From Thermoplasmata archaeon UBA61 (lineage in GTDB: Archaea; Thermoplasmatota; Thermoplasmata; Lutacidiplasmatales; UBA184), in NCBI GenBank assembly GCA_002503985.1, contig DASW01000006.1, positions 30,080-94,079 on the forward strand: 64,000 bases of DNA, written 5' to 3'. Position numbers and translations under genes: made by a program. Shown here piece after piece: positions 49,839 through 59,900 of this stretch. Position 1 is the stretch's first letter, and every line of letters begins with the position of its first letter. The notes beneath the pieces are model-generated. The model saw only the letters and a program-made list of their open reading frames with translations, did not search any database and had not been told where the DNA came from.

Positions 49839-50777
49839 GTGCCGCGCAAGGTAGAGGACGTTCGGATCGACGACGCGCCGTCGCTCGACACGCTCATCCG
49901 TCGGCTCGAGGCCGGTGGGGGGTTCAGCGCCAAGGAGGTCGCCACGGGGGTCGACATCCTCGCCCGGATCCTCTCCGACCGCGACATGACCGTCTTCCTG
50001 TCGTTCCCCGCGGACATCGTCTCGACGGGCACGCGGGGGGTCCTGGCGACCCTCGTCCGGGAAGGGTACGTGGACGCGATCATCACCACGTGCGGAACGC
50101 TCGACCACGACCTGGCACGGTCGTTCCGCCCCTACTACCACGGGGACTGGGACCTGGACGACGCAGCTCTCCACCGCCGGCACGTATACCGGCTCGGGAA
50201 CCTCATCATCCCGGAGGCGAACTACGGGACCATCATCGAGCGGAAGATGCGCGGGATCCTCGACCGTCTCTGGAAGGGCGGGACCCGGGCCCTCTCGACG
50301 CGGGCGCTCTCTGCCGCGATCGGGGAGGCGATCCCCGCGAAGGAGCGTTCGAGCATCCTGCGCGCGGCGTTCGAACGAAAGGTGCCGGTCATCGTCCCCG
50401 GGATCACGGACGGGGCTGTGGGCTCGCAGGTCTGGCTGTACTGGCAGGACCACCGTGGCCTCTCCTTCGACCTCCTCAGCGACGAGCAGCTCCTCTCCGA
50501 CCTCGTCTTCGAGGCGAAGAGGGCCGGTGCGGTGATCCTGGGCGGCGGGATCTCGAAGCACCACACGATCTGGTGGAACCAGTTCCGCAGCGGCCTCGAC
50601 GCGGCGCTCTACATCACCACCGCGGTCGAATGGGACGGGAGCCTCTCCGGCGCCCGGACCCGGGAAGCGGTCTCCTGGGGCAAGGTGAAGGCGACCGCCC
50701 GGCACACCAACGTGACGGGCGACGTGACCGTCCTCTTCCCCCTGATGGTGGGGGCGGCGCTCGAGCGGATCCGATAG
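49839..50777 (+). CDS. dys: deoxyhypusine synthase
   Basis: RLGNL, GGGISKH, DGSLSGA, EAVSWGK. Confidence 0.93.
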   Translation: MPRKVEDVRIDDAPSLDTLIRRLEAGGGFSAKEVATGVDILARILSDRDMTVFLSFPADIVSTGTRGVLATLVREGYVDAIITTCGTLDHDLARSFRPYYHGDWDLDDAALHRRHVYRLGNLIIPEANYGTIIERKMRGILDRLWKGGTRALSTRALSAAIGEAIPAKERSSILRAAFERKVPVIVPGITDGAVGSQVWLYWQDHRGLSFDLLSDEQLLSDLVFEAKRAGAVILGGGISKHHTIWWNQFRSGLDAALYITTAVEWDGSLSGARTREAVSWGKVKATARHTNVTGDVTVLFPLMVGAALERIR

Positions 50778-50798
50778 ACGCTCGCGGTCCCCCCTCGG

Positions 50799-51914
50799 TT
50801 ATTGGCGGAAGGTCCGGGACGAACGACGGTGCTTTCGCAGCGTTCGTTCCATGACCTCGACCCCGATCCCCGGTCCCCGAGGCACGGCGAGGGTGCTCCC
50901 GGGTCCGAGGACGAACGGAGGGTCCGTGATGTCCTCGCGGTAGTAGCGGTCGCTCGCCGAGAGGTCGGACGACAAGACGAACGGGGGCGTGGAGGCGAGG
51001 GCGACGTTGTGCGCTCGGCCGACCCCGCTTTCGAGCATCCCTCCCACCCACGACGGCACCCCGTTGCGCGCCGCGTGGCGAGCGAGGGAGATCCCCACGC
51101 CTAGGCCGCCGACACGGGCGACCTTCACGTTGAGGCTCGTCACCGCCCGCGCGCCGAGGGCGTCCTCGAGCGACGGCCCGTCAACGATCGATTCGTCGAG
51201 GCAGACCCGAAACCGGGCGCCGCGGGCAAGCTCCGCGTGCGCGCGAACGGCCCGTTCCGCGAACGGCTGCTCGACCTGGGCGACCCCATACTTCTCCGCC
51301 CAAGCTCGGATCCGGTCGCCCGCCCCTATGGGATACGCCTGGTTTGCGTCGACCCACAGTTCCAGGTCCGGGTATTCTCGCCGAACGGCTCCCACGGGAC
51401 GCGCGTCCCACCCGGGACGGACCTTGAGCTTGACCCGACCGTACCCGGCCTCGAGGTACCGTCCGACCCGGTCGACGAGCTTCGGAACGCTCGGCTGGAT
51501 CCCGACGCTCACCCCGACCCGGATGCGACTCCGATGCCCGCCGAGGGCCTTCGAGAGGGAGCGGCCGAGCGTCCGGGCGCGCAGGTCCTGAAGAGCGATC
51601 TCGAGAGCCGCCTTCGCCATCCGATGACCCCGGAAGCGGCCGGCCGCCTGGGAGAACGCTTCGGGGGTGGGGTCGCGGAGCCGAAAGAGGAGCGGGATCA
51701 GGCGTTCTACGATCATCCATCGGGCGGTGGCCACGCTCTCCGACGAGTAGAGCGGGTCGACCGCGGCGGCGCACTCCCCCCAACCTACCTCCCCGTCCTT
51801 CGTCTCCGCTCGAACGAGCAGGAACCGACGCTGATGTTCGACACCGAAGCTCGTCTCGAACGGCTCTACGAGCGGCAGGTCGACCTCATCGAGGCGCACC
51901 GAAGCGAGGCGCAT
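50799..51914 (-). CDS. menC: o-succinylbenzoate synthase / N-acylamino acid racemase (enolase superfamily)
   Basis: PFETSFG, GWGE, KLKV, DAN, EQP, LDES, GGMLESG. Confidence 0.85.
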   Translation of the reverse strand: MRLASVRLDEVDLPLVEPFETSFGVEHQRRFLLVRAETKDGEVGWGECAAAVDPLYSSESVATARWMIVERLIPLLFRLRDPTPEAFSQAAGRFRGHRMAKAALEIALQDLRARTLGRSLSKALGGHRSRIRVGVSVGIQPSVPKLVDRVGRYLEAGYGRVKLKVRPGWDARPVGAVRREYPDLELWVDANQAYPIGAGDRIRAWAEKYGVAQVEQPFAERAVRAHAELARGARFRVCLDESIVDGPSLEDALGARAVTSLNVKVARVGGLGVGISLARHAARNGVPSWVGGMLESGVGRAHNVALASTPPFVLSSDLSASDRYYREDITDPPFVLGPGSTLAVPRGPGIGVEVMERTLRKHRRSSRTFRQ

Positions 51915-52030
51915 GGTGACCTTCCCGGGACTTCCCGCGCCTACATAAGTCGCGGACACGAGCCGGCCCCGAGAGAACCCTCGGCCGCGAGGCTTTATCT
52001 CCCGCGTTCTCGTCGGGCCGCTCCACCGTT

Positions 52031-52104
52031 GGGCCCGTAGCTCAGCTCGGTAGAGCAGGCGGCTCTTAACCGCAAGGTCAGGGGTTCGAATCCCCTCGGG
52101 CCCG
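52031..52104 (+). tRNA. tRNA-Lys (CTT)
   Basis: GGGCCCG acceptor, anticodon loop CTCTTAA, GGTTCGAATCC, no encoded CCA. Confidence 0.95.
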
Positions 52105-52172
52105 CCCCCGCCTTCGTTGGTTCCAAGCATTGAAGAAGCGGGAGCCCGGTTCAGGGTCCGGGGAGACGGGGC

Positions 52173-53147
52173 TTGCTCGCACATCCCGGCGGAAATCCGC
52201 ACGGACCGGCCCTCGACTCCCGGGAGCGGCGGCTGGTCTCCCTCGTCATCGGGTACACGCTCGCAGCCATTGCCATCACACTGGCGTGGGCCGAGGGCGC
52301 CGGGGTCACGACCTCTGAATCGAATTTCTACTCGGGCTCTCCGACCCCCTCCTCCGTAGGGTTGCTGTTCGTGGCGATTGGCCTTCTCGCCACGGGCGCC
52401 GCCATCGTGACGGTCTTCGGTTCGATCTACGGGAATGAGACCGAGCCCGTCACCGAAACGACGTCCCTGGGACCGGCAGCTCCGGGCTGGCGGCTCGGCC
52501 AGCTCGCGGTGTTCTTTGCGGTCCTGGGGATCGGCCTACTGCTGATGGGCCTCTCCCTTCCCCTCGGACCTTGGGGCCTCAGCGCCGAGCCCTCCTACCT
52601 CTCCCCGGCCGTGCTCTTCGTTCCCGACACGCTGGATGGTGTCGGGTTAGGAGTTCTGGCGCTCGGGATTTCATTCTTCCTCCTGGAACGGAAGCGTCAT
52701 CGACCCGAGTTCCGGGCATGGTGGCGCCGCACGGGCCGGTACGTGACCGTCGTGGGAGTCGCGATTATCGTGATCGTGGCCGCGCTGCTTCTGGTACCCG
52801 TTCGCCAATCGTTCTCCACCCAACTCGGTGCGGGAAGTGACTTCGGCGGACTGGCAGATGAGTCGTTCCCTGCGGGAATCTCGGTCTCGGGGTCATGGTC
52901 GGCCAACCCCGTGGGACCGGTCCACCTCACGATCCAGGACCCGTCGGGAATCGCCATCTACACGGCCAACGCTTCCTCCGGAACTTTCTCCTTCACGACC
53001 ATGGGGACTCCCCCGGGGGCGTTCTACCTCTTCATACTCGATCACACCGCAACTCCCGAGACGGTCTCGGTGAGCGGGAACTATGTTGCGCCAATCTGGT
53101 GGTGGCCGCCGGGCGAACCGGGCGAGCCGACGGTAGTTGTGCATTAA
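52173..53147 (+). CDS. membrane protein with C-terminal beta-sandwich domain
   Basis: ~5 TMs then a VSGSW...TIQDPSG...SGTFSF...Y pattern; start uncertain. Confidence 0.65.
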   Translation: MLAHPGGNPHGPALDSRERRLVSLVIGYTLAAIAITLAWAEGAGVTTSESNFYSGSPTPSSVGLLFVAIGLLATGAAIVTVFGSIYGNETEPVTETTSLGPAAPGWRLGQLAVFFAVLGIGLLLMGLSLPLGPWGLSAEPSYLSPAVLFVPDTLDGVGLGVLALGISFFLLERKRHRPEFRAWWRRTGRYVTVVGVAIIVIVAALLLVPVRQSFSTQLGAGSDFGGLADESFPAGISVSGSWSANPVGPVHLTIQDPSGIAIYTANASSGTFSFTTMGTPPGAFYLFILDHTATPETVSVSGNYVAPIWWWPPGEPGEPTVVVH

Positions 53148-54319
53148 CCGGGGGCAGGTACGCCGGTCCGGGCGACGATCTCTCCCGGATGCTGCCACCA
53201 GTAGTACAGAATCACGCCGACCACGGCGGCTCGAAGGTAGATCGATAGGCCCATCATCCAGGACGTCACGTCGATCGTGAAACTGCCCCCTTCGAAGATC
53301 GTCACGACGTTCGGTCCCAGGAATCCCAGCTGCCCGGCGATCCAGGGGCCGAGCGGCTCGTGGAACCCGAACAAGAGGTTCCCCACGAAGTAGTACCCCA
53401 CGTCGTTCATCAGGGAAACGAGCAGGCCGAGGCTCGTCGCGAGGGGCCACGATTGCCAGCCCTCGAAGACGATCAGGACCCCGAACGGGGCCATGTACGT
53501 GAGGATGAGCCAGACCCCGTAGGCCGGGACGCTCTTTCCGAACAGGTCGATCCAGTTGATGAGGATCAGGCCGTAGAACGCCGAGAAGAGGATTAGCTTC
53601 AGCAGGATGAACTGGCGTGGGTCGGTCGGATGGAGGCCCGCCACCACCGTCTCGATGCCGGTGACGAGCAGGATGATACCGACCAGGATCGCGAAGCTCT
53701 CGAGCGCTAACCCTTCGAACGCCACCGAGACCACCACTAGCAGGATGGTGAGCGCTCCGGTGCTGAGCAGGGAGCCGCGGAGCCACAAGGGTACAGAGAC
53801 GCCACCGGCCTGGAAGATCCGGCCGAACCCCATCAGCACGAGCGCGATGGCGAGGACGAACGTTGCGGCCGTGGCGGCCAGGTTGGGGTCGAGGAGCGCG
53901 AACGCGGCGAGCGCGAGCGCGAGCAGGCCCACCCCGACGATCCCCCACGAACGAATGGCGCGCCACCAGAAGCGCGGCGCCCGGAGCTCGAACCAGTTCT
54001 CGGACAGTGCACGGCCTTCGGCGAGGATCGTCTGGGCCGAAATGAGGACGACCGCGGCGGTGAGCAAGAGGAGCAGACCGGTGAGCGTGGACTCCAGGGT
54101 GGCGAGGACGGCCACCGCGAACCCCACCGAGAACAGGCCCAGGAACACCTGGGTCGCTCGCCCGATCTTGACCCGACGGGCCGCCCGCCGTTCCGTCTCG
54201 GTACCGGACGGAGCCGAGCGAAGGTGGCGCGAAACCCAAGAGGACCGTCTTCCGGGCGGTCGGGACGTCTCGGGTCCCGGGACGGTGGCTCCCGGAGGGG
54301 TCTCTGGGTTCGAGGACAC
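53144..54319 (-). CDS. multi-pass membrane protein (DUF308/HdeD-like repeats plus extra domain)
   Basis: Repeated hydrophobic hairpins; conserved-looking SLMNDVGYY. Confidence 0.7.
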   Translation of the reverse strand: MSSNPETPPGATVPGPETSRPPGRRSSWVSRHLRSAPSGTETERRAARRVKIGRATQVFLGLFSVGFAVAVLATLESTLTGLLLLLTAAVVLISAQTILAEGRALSENWFELRAPRFWWRAIRSWGIVGVGLLALALAAFALLDPNLAATAATFVLAIALVLMGFGRIFQAGGVSVPLWLRGSLLSTGALTILLVVVSVAFEGLALESFAILVGIILLVTGIETVVAGLHPTDPRQFILLKLILFSAFYGLILINWIDLFGKSVPAYGVWLILTYMAPFGVLIVFEGWQSWPLATSLGLLVSLMNDVGYYFVGNLLFGFHEPLGPWIAGQLGFLGPNVVTIFEGGSFTIDVTSWMMGLSIYLRAAVVGVILYYWWQHPGEIVARTGVPAPG

Positions 54320-54322
54320 GGC

Positions 54323-54616
54323 CTACCCTCTCTGCGCTCCTTTTGGGACGTAATCGAAGAAGCGCTCGGTGATCCCCTCCGACGTCCATTCTGCGCGAAG
54401 CCGCGTCTTCTTCTCGGCCCGGCGCAGTTCGGAAAGGAGGTAGCGGTTCAGGTCGCGCGCGCTCGACCCCTCCATCTGGGCTTCGACCTGGAACTCCCCT
54501 TCCTTCTCGCCCGCGGTGACCGTCCCTTGGGTGATCAACCGTGCCAAGACGGGTCGGACCGCGGCGGGGGTATCGGTGCTGACCCGAGCCTTGAGCGAGT
54601 ACCGCTTCTCGGTCAT
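54323..54616 (-). CDS. small hypothetical protein
   Basis: SARDLNRYLLSELRR...LRAEW...ERFFDY; GGAGG upstream. Confidence 0.7.
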   Translation of the reverse strand: MTEKRYSLKARVSTDTPAAVRPVLARLITQGTVTAGEKEGEFQVEAQMEGSSARDLNRYLLSELRRAEKKTRLRAEWTSEGITERFFDYVPKGAQRG

Positions 54617-54783
54617 GGCACCCTCCGGAAGGAGAGGGCGTGAAAGGCCTTAGCCCTCTTCGAGCCACGCGGGCGTTCGAGCCGACCCCGCGGGACCGTG
54701 GCCTACCGGGGGAATCTACCGAGCGTCGAATCGGGTTGACCCCTGCGCCTTAGGCTCGGCTCCCGTCGTTCCCTCGACCGCTC

Positions 54784-55200
54784 ATGGAAGTTCGTGGAGT
54801 GTGGAAAGGAGGGTCGGAGACCCGACTCGAGGACGGACGAGGTCACACGGTCACCGTGGACTTGCCGGTCGATGAGGGGGGCCAGAATGTGGGAACGTCC
54901 GCGCTCGAGCTCGGCGTGCTGTCACTGGCCGGTTGCATCACCACTATCTTCGGGCTGGTCGCGCAGAAACGAAGGCTGTCATTCAGTGCCCTTGCCATCT
55001 CGTTGACCGCCGACCGGCCTCGGGGCGCCCCAACCATCGAGAGGGTTCACGGAAGATTGGAGCTCGAGACCAAAGCCTCGAAGGAGGACGTGGAAACCGT
55101 CCTGCGTCTCACCTTGAAGACCTGCCCGATGGGGGTCATCTTCGAGCGGGCCCGAATCCCGGTCGAGGTGACAATCGCTATTTCCCCGACCTCGTCATAG
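54784..55200 (+). CDS. OsmC family protein
   Basis: LAGC ... TCP cysteine pair. Confidence 0.88.
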   Translation: MEVRGVWKGGSETRLEDGRGHTVTVDLPVDEGGQNVGTSALELGVLSLAGCITTIFGLVAQKRRLSFSALAISLTADRPRGAPTIERVHGRLELETKASKEDVETVLRLTLKTCPMGVIFERARIPVEVTIAISPTSS

Positions 55201-55217
55201 ACGACTCACCCTGACCC

Positions 55218-55859
55218 ATGAAGGTCGAGATCTGGACGGACGTCATTTGTCCCTGGTGCTACATCGGTCGGAGGCGTTTCGAGAAGGCGTTGACCCAGTT
55301 CTCGGGTCGAGCGACCGTGGACGTGGTCTACCGCAGTTTCGAGCTCGACCCGAACGCGCCCGCCCGGTCCGAAATGAACGTGGTGGAGAGGCTCATGACG
55401 AAGTACGGGCTCTCTGCGGCCGAGGCTCGAGAAGCGAACCAGCGCGTCACGAAGATCGCCGCGGAGGAAGGGCTCGAGTTCCATCTCGACCGGGCTCGGC
55501 CGACCAACACGCTCGCCGCCCACCGCTTACTGCAGCTCGCCTCGGTACGGCGGGTCCGGCCCGCGGCGGAGGAGCGGTTCCAGATGGCCTACTTCACGGA
55601 GGGAGCCCCCCTCGCGGAGCCCGAAACCCTGCTCCGGCTGGCCACCGAGGCAGGGTTGAAGGAGGAGGACGCCCGCCACGTGCTGGCGGGACAGGCGTTC
55701 ACGCTCCAGGTTCGGACGGACGAGAAGGAGGCAGCCGCCCTGGGAGCCCATGGTGTCCCCCTCTTCGCCTTCGACCGTCGTCAGATCGTCTCCGGAGCTC
55801 AGCCCACCGATTACCTTCTTCAGACCCTCGAATCAATTGCTAGCACCCCTTCCTGCTAG
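55218..55859 (+). CDS. DsbA/FrnE family oxidoreductase
   Basis: DVICPWCYIG, FELDP, GVP, SGAQP. Confidence 0.92.
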   Translation: MKVEIWTDVICPWCYIGRRRFEKALTQFSGRATVDVVYRSFELDPNAPARSEMNVVERLMTKYGLSAAEAREANQRVTKIAAEEGLEFHLDRARPTNTLAAHRLLQLASVRRVRPAAEERFQMAYFTEGAPLAEPETLLRLATEAGLKEEDARHVLAGQAFTLQVRTDEKEAAALGAHGVPLFAFDRRQIVSGAQPTDYLLQTLESIASTPSC

Positions 55860-55974
55860 CGGCTTCGCCCACGACCGGATGCGGCCCCGGGACGTCTGGC
55901 CAGGTCCGTGTCGCAGACCCGTTTGCGTCGGTACGACCGCGCGCATAATGACCAAGTGACTCCTCCGGGTACCC

Positions 55975-56946
55975 GTGGAGCGGAACCTGGCGGTAAGGGA
56001 GTTCGGTCGCACAGGTCTCTCGATCACGCCGGTCGGCCTCGGAACCTGGGCGATTGGCGGCGGCGGATGGGCCTTCGGGTGGGGGCCCCAGGACGACGAG
56101 CGCTCGGTGAAAGCAATCCGGCGTGCGTGCGAACTGGGGATCGATTGGATCGACACGGCACCGGTGTACGGGTTGGGTCACGCGGAGGAGGTCGTCCGGA
56201 AAGGGGTGGCGGAGCTGTCACATCGTCCCAGGATCTTCACGAAGCTCTCCCTCCGATGGGGCGCCGACCGACAGATCTTCCACAGCCTCAAGGCCGACTC
56301 GGTCCGCGACGAGGTGAAGGCGAGTCGAAAGCGGCTCGGCGTCGATACGATTGACCTGGTCCAGGTCCACTGGCCCGACCCTGAGCCTGATATCGAGGAA
56401 GGGTGGCGCGCGCTCGCCGAGCTCAAGGACCAGGGCGTGGTGCGACACATCGGCGTCTCGAACTTCAACGTGGCCCAGATGGAACGGGCCGCCGCCATTG
56501 CGCCGGTAGAGACTTTGCAGCCCGAGTACTCGCTGGTCGAGCCCGCGGCCGAGAAAGAGATCCTACCGTATGCCCGGGCGCATCGGATCGGCGTCATCGC
56601 CTACGGGCCTATGGGTTACGGGTTGCTGACCGGCGCGATGACACCCGAACGGGTGGCCCGGATGCCCTCCGATGACTGGCGCCGCCGGAACGATGAGTTC
56701 AAGGAACCGCGGCTTTCCCGGCATCTCGCTCTCGCTCGCCTCCTCGCCGATATCGGAAAGCAGCACGGGGGACGGCCCCCGGCGGAGGTCGCGATCGCAT
56801 GGGTGCTCGCGAACCCGGCCGTCACAGGCGCCATCGTCGGGGGTCGGTCGGCCGAGCAGGTGGAAGGGTTCGTCGGGGCGATGACCTTGCGTCTCGCCCC
56901 GGAGGACCTAGAGCGGATCCAAACCTTCCGAGCGGAGCACCCCTAG
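55975..56946 (+). CDS. aldo/keto reductase
   Basis: GLGTWAIGG, DTAPVYG, HWPD, GVSNF. Confidence 0.92.
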   Translation: MERNLAVREFGRTGLSITPVGLGTWAIGGGGWAFGWGPQDDERSVKAIRRACELGIDWIDTAPVYGLGHAEEVVRKGVAELSHRPRIFTKLSLRWGADRQIFHSLKADSVRDEVKASRKRLGVDTIDLVQVHWPDPEPDIEEGWRALAELKDQGVVRHIGVSNFNVAQMERAAAIAPVETLQPEYSLVEPAAEKEILPYARAHRIGVIAYGPMGYGLLTGAMTPERVARMPSDDWRRRNDEFKEPRLSRHLALARLLADIGKQHGGRPPAEVAIAWVLANPAVTGAIVGGRSAEQVEGFVGAMTLRLAPEDLERIQTFRAEHP

Positions 56947-56996
56947 TCAGGGCGTCTCCGGGAACCGGCTCCGACGGGTCTTCCCGAGGGGGATCG

Positions 56997-59900
56997 TCAC
57001 GAGGAGAAGTCGTCGTCCTCGGTCAGCGTCTCACCCTTGCGCCCGGTCGCTTTCTTCGTGGGCTTCTTCAGGATGTCGACGCTGATCCGGTCGAGCTCTC
57101 CCATGAGGACATCGATGTCCGGCTCTCCCTCGGGCATTCCGGGGACACCGGCGTCGACCGCCGGCCCACCCGCCATCGCGGGAGCCCCGACGGATGGCCC
57201 ATGGCCGACCTCCTCGGTCGTCTCGAGATAGGCCGGCGCGGACGCAGCGGGACCTTCCCCAACCGAGGGAGCCGGACCTTCCTGCCACGCGTGCATCGGG
57301 GCCGCGGCTCCCCCAGCCGCGTGGGGCTTCCCACCCGCGTGAGGCCCCCCACCCACGTGGGGCCGGCCGCGGCGCAGGAGAACGAGGGCCGCGAGAAGGA
57401 CCACGACGAGTACCACGATGACGATCCCGATGTAGTCCCAGGGTATCGAGGAGCCCGACGACGGCGTCGTCACGGTCACCGCCGCGGCCGCCGCGGACGT
57501 CTGTGTGACGGGCGACGACGCGCTGTCGGTCACCCGAAGCTCGAACGCGTACGTGTTTCCCGCCGTCAAGCTGTTCGCCGCGATGGAGCACGTCTCCAAT
57601 GAGCCCGCGGCGGCTCTCGACCCGCTGTTCACGGCACACTGCGTCGCCGGCGCGAAGGCTCCACCATTGACCGAGACCAGCCACTGCCAGGAGTAGGTGG
57701 GAGTCCCTGTCGACGGGATCGATGCCGTCACGTTCAACACCTCGTTGGAGGCTAGAGACGTAGCGCTCACCGTTGGAACGATAGGAGCTGTCAACGCCGA
57801 GCTCACCGCCACGGTCGCGGACGCGGACGACGTCTGCGTCTCGGGAGAGGTCGCGCTATCGGTCACCACGTAACAGTAGTACGTCGTGGTGGTAGGGGAG
57901 GCCGAGTACGTCGCGAGCGTCGCTCCGGAGATCGGAGTGCCCAACGCCGTGCACGAGCTCGCGGTACTTCCCGAATACCACTGGTAGGTGTAGGGGCCGG
58001 ACCCGCCGGACGGGCTCGCCGTCACGGTGATCGACTGTCCGCTGTCGATGGAGAGAGACGAGGGGGTCGGAGTTCCCGCCACCAGGGCCGAGCTCACCGT
58101 CACGGTCGCTGAGGCCGATGACGACAGCGTCTCCGGCGTCGACGCGCTGTCCGTCACCCGCAGCTCGAAGATGTACGTGGCGCCCACCGTGAGCGTGTTC
58201 GTGGGGATGGAGCACGTCTCGGTAGCTCCTGCGGTCGCGGCCGTCCCGTTGTTCACGACACACTCTTTCGTGGTCGCATAGGCTCCGCCGCTGACGGAAA
58301 CCAGCCACTGCCAGGAGTAGCTCGCCGTCCCGGTGGACGGAATCACGCCGGTCAGTGTCAACGTCTGGTCGACGTCCAGCAGTGTCGCGCTCACCGGAGG
58401 CGTGCCGGGCGCTGTCAACCCCAGATTCACGCTGATCGTCGAGGAGGACCGCGACGTCTGGGTCTCCAGCGGCGTAGCGCTATCGGAAACCTTGAGCTCG
58501 AAAGTGTAGGTGTCTCCCACCGTCAAGGTGCCGGTCGCGATGTTGCACCTCGCCGTGGCCCCCGCGCTGGCCCCGCTACCGCTGTTCTGCGTGCATTGCG
58601 TCGCGGGGGCGTAGGCTCCGCCGTTGACGGAGACCAGCCACTGCCAGGAGTAGGTCGGAGTGCCCGTCGACGGCATCGTTCCGGCCACCATCAACGTCTG
58701 GTCCACGTCCAACGCCGTAGCGCTCACCGTCGGCGCGACCGGCGCTGTCAGCGCCGGGCTTACGATCACCGAGGAAGAGAACGCTGACGTTTCCGTCTCA
58801 GGGGTCGTCGCACCGTCGGTCACCTGCAGCTCGAATGCATAGGTCGCCCCGACCGTCAGGGTACCCGCCTCGATACTGCACGTTTCGGTATCCCCTACGC
58901 CCGCCCCGGAACCCTCGCTCACCGAGCACATCGTCGCCAACGCGTAGGAACCGCCGTTGACCGAGACCAGCCATTGCCACGAGTAGGGGGACGTCCCGGT
59001 GGACGGGATCACTCCTGTCCCGGTCAATGCCTGATCGACATCGAGCGCCGTGGTGCTCATCGTGGGCGCATTCGGAGCCGTCAGGGCCGAGTTCACAGTC
59101 ACCCCTTCCGCGGTCGAGGGGGAGCTGTCGAAGTTCGAGTCCATCACTACGTAACAGTAGTACGTCGTGGTCGCCGGGCCGGCTTCATAGGTGGATGCTG
59201 TCGCATCCAGGACCTGCGAAGTTAATGCCAGGCATGCAGCCCCGGTGGCACCCCAATACCACTGGAAGGTGTCGCCGCCCGAGCCACCGGATGGGTGCGC
59301 GGTGAGGACGACCGACTGGCCGAGATCGAGGACGGGTGCCGAGGGGGTCGGGGTTCCCGCCGTCAGCGCCAAGCTTGTCGTTACCGTCGAGGAAGGCGAC
59401 GACGGGACCGTTTCCGGTGCCGACGCGCTGTCCGTCACTTGGAGCTCAAAATTGTAGAACGTGCTGGCGGTGAGTGTGTCCCCTAGAATGGCACAGGTCA
59501 CCCCAGCGCCCGCGCCGTCCCCGATTCCATTGTTCACGAGGCACTGCGTCGTAGCCACGTAGGTTCCGCCATTGACTGAGATCAGCCACTGCCAGGAGTA
59601 GGTCGGTGTCCCCGTCGAGGGGATCGTTCCGGTCACAGTCATCGCCTGGTCTGCATCCAAAGTCGTGACGCTCGGCGTGGGTGCAACCGTGGTCGTCAGT
59701 GTCGTGTTCACCGTCGCGACCGAAGAGGCCAATGAAATAGTCGTGACCGGGGTCGTCGCTGAGTCCTTCAGCTGCAGCTCATACGCGTAGGTACCGACCG
59801 ATGCGGCCACTCCTATGACGCAATTCACGACCTCACCGTCCGAGGCCGTTCCGCTTGGAGTGGCGCACTGGGTTGCGGTGGCCATGGCGTATGCACCTGC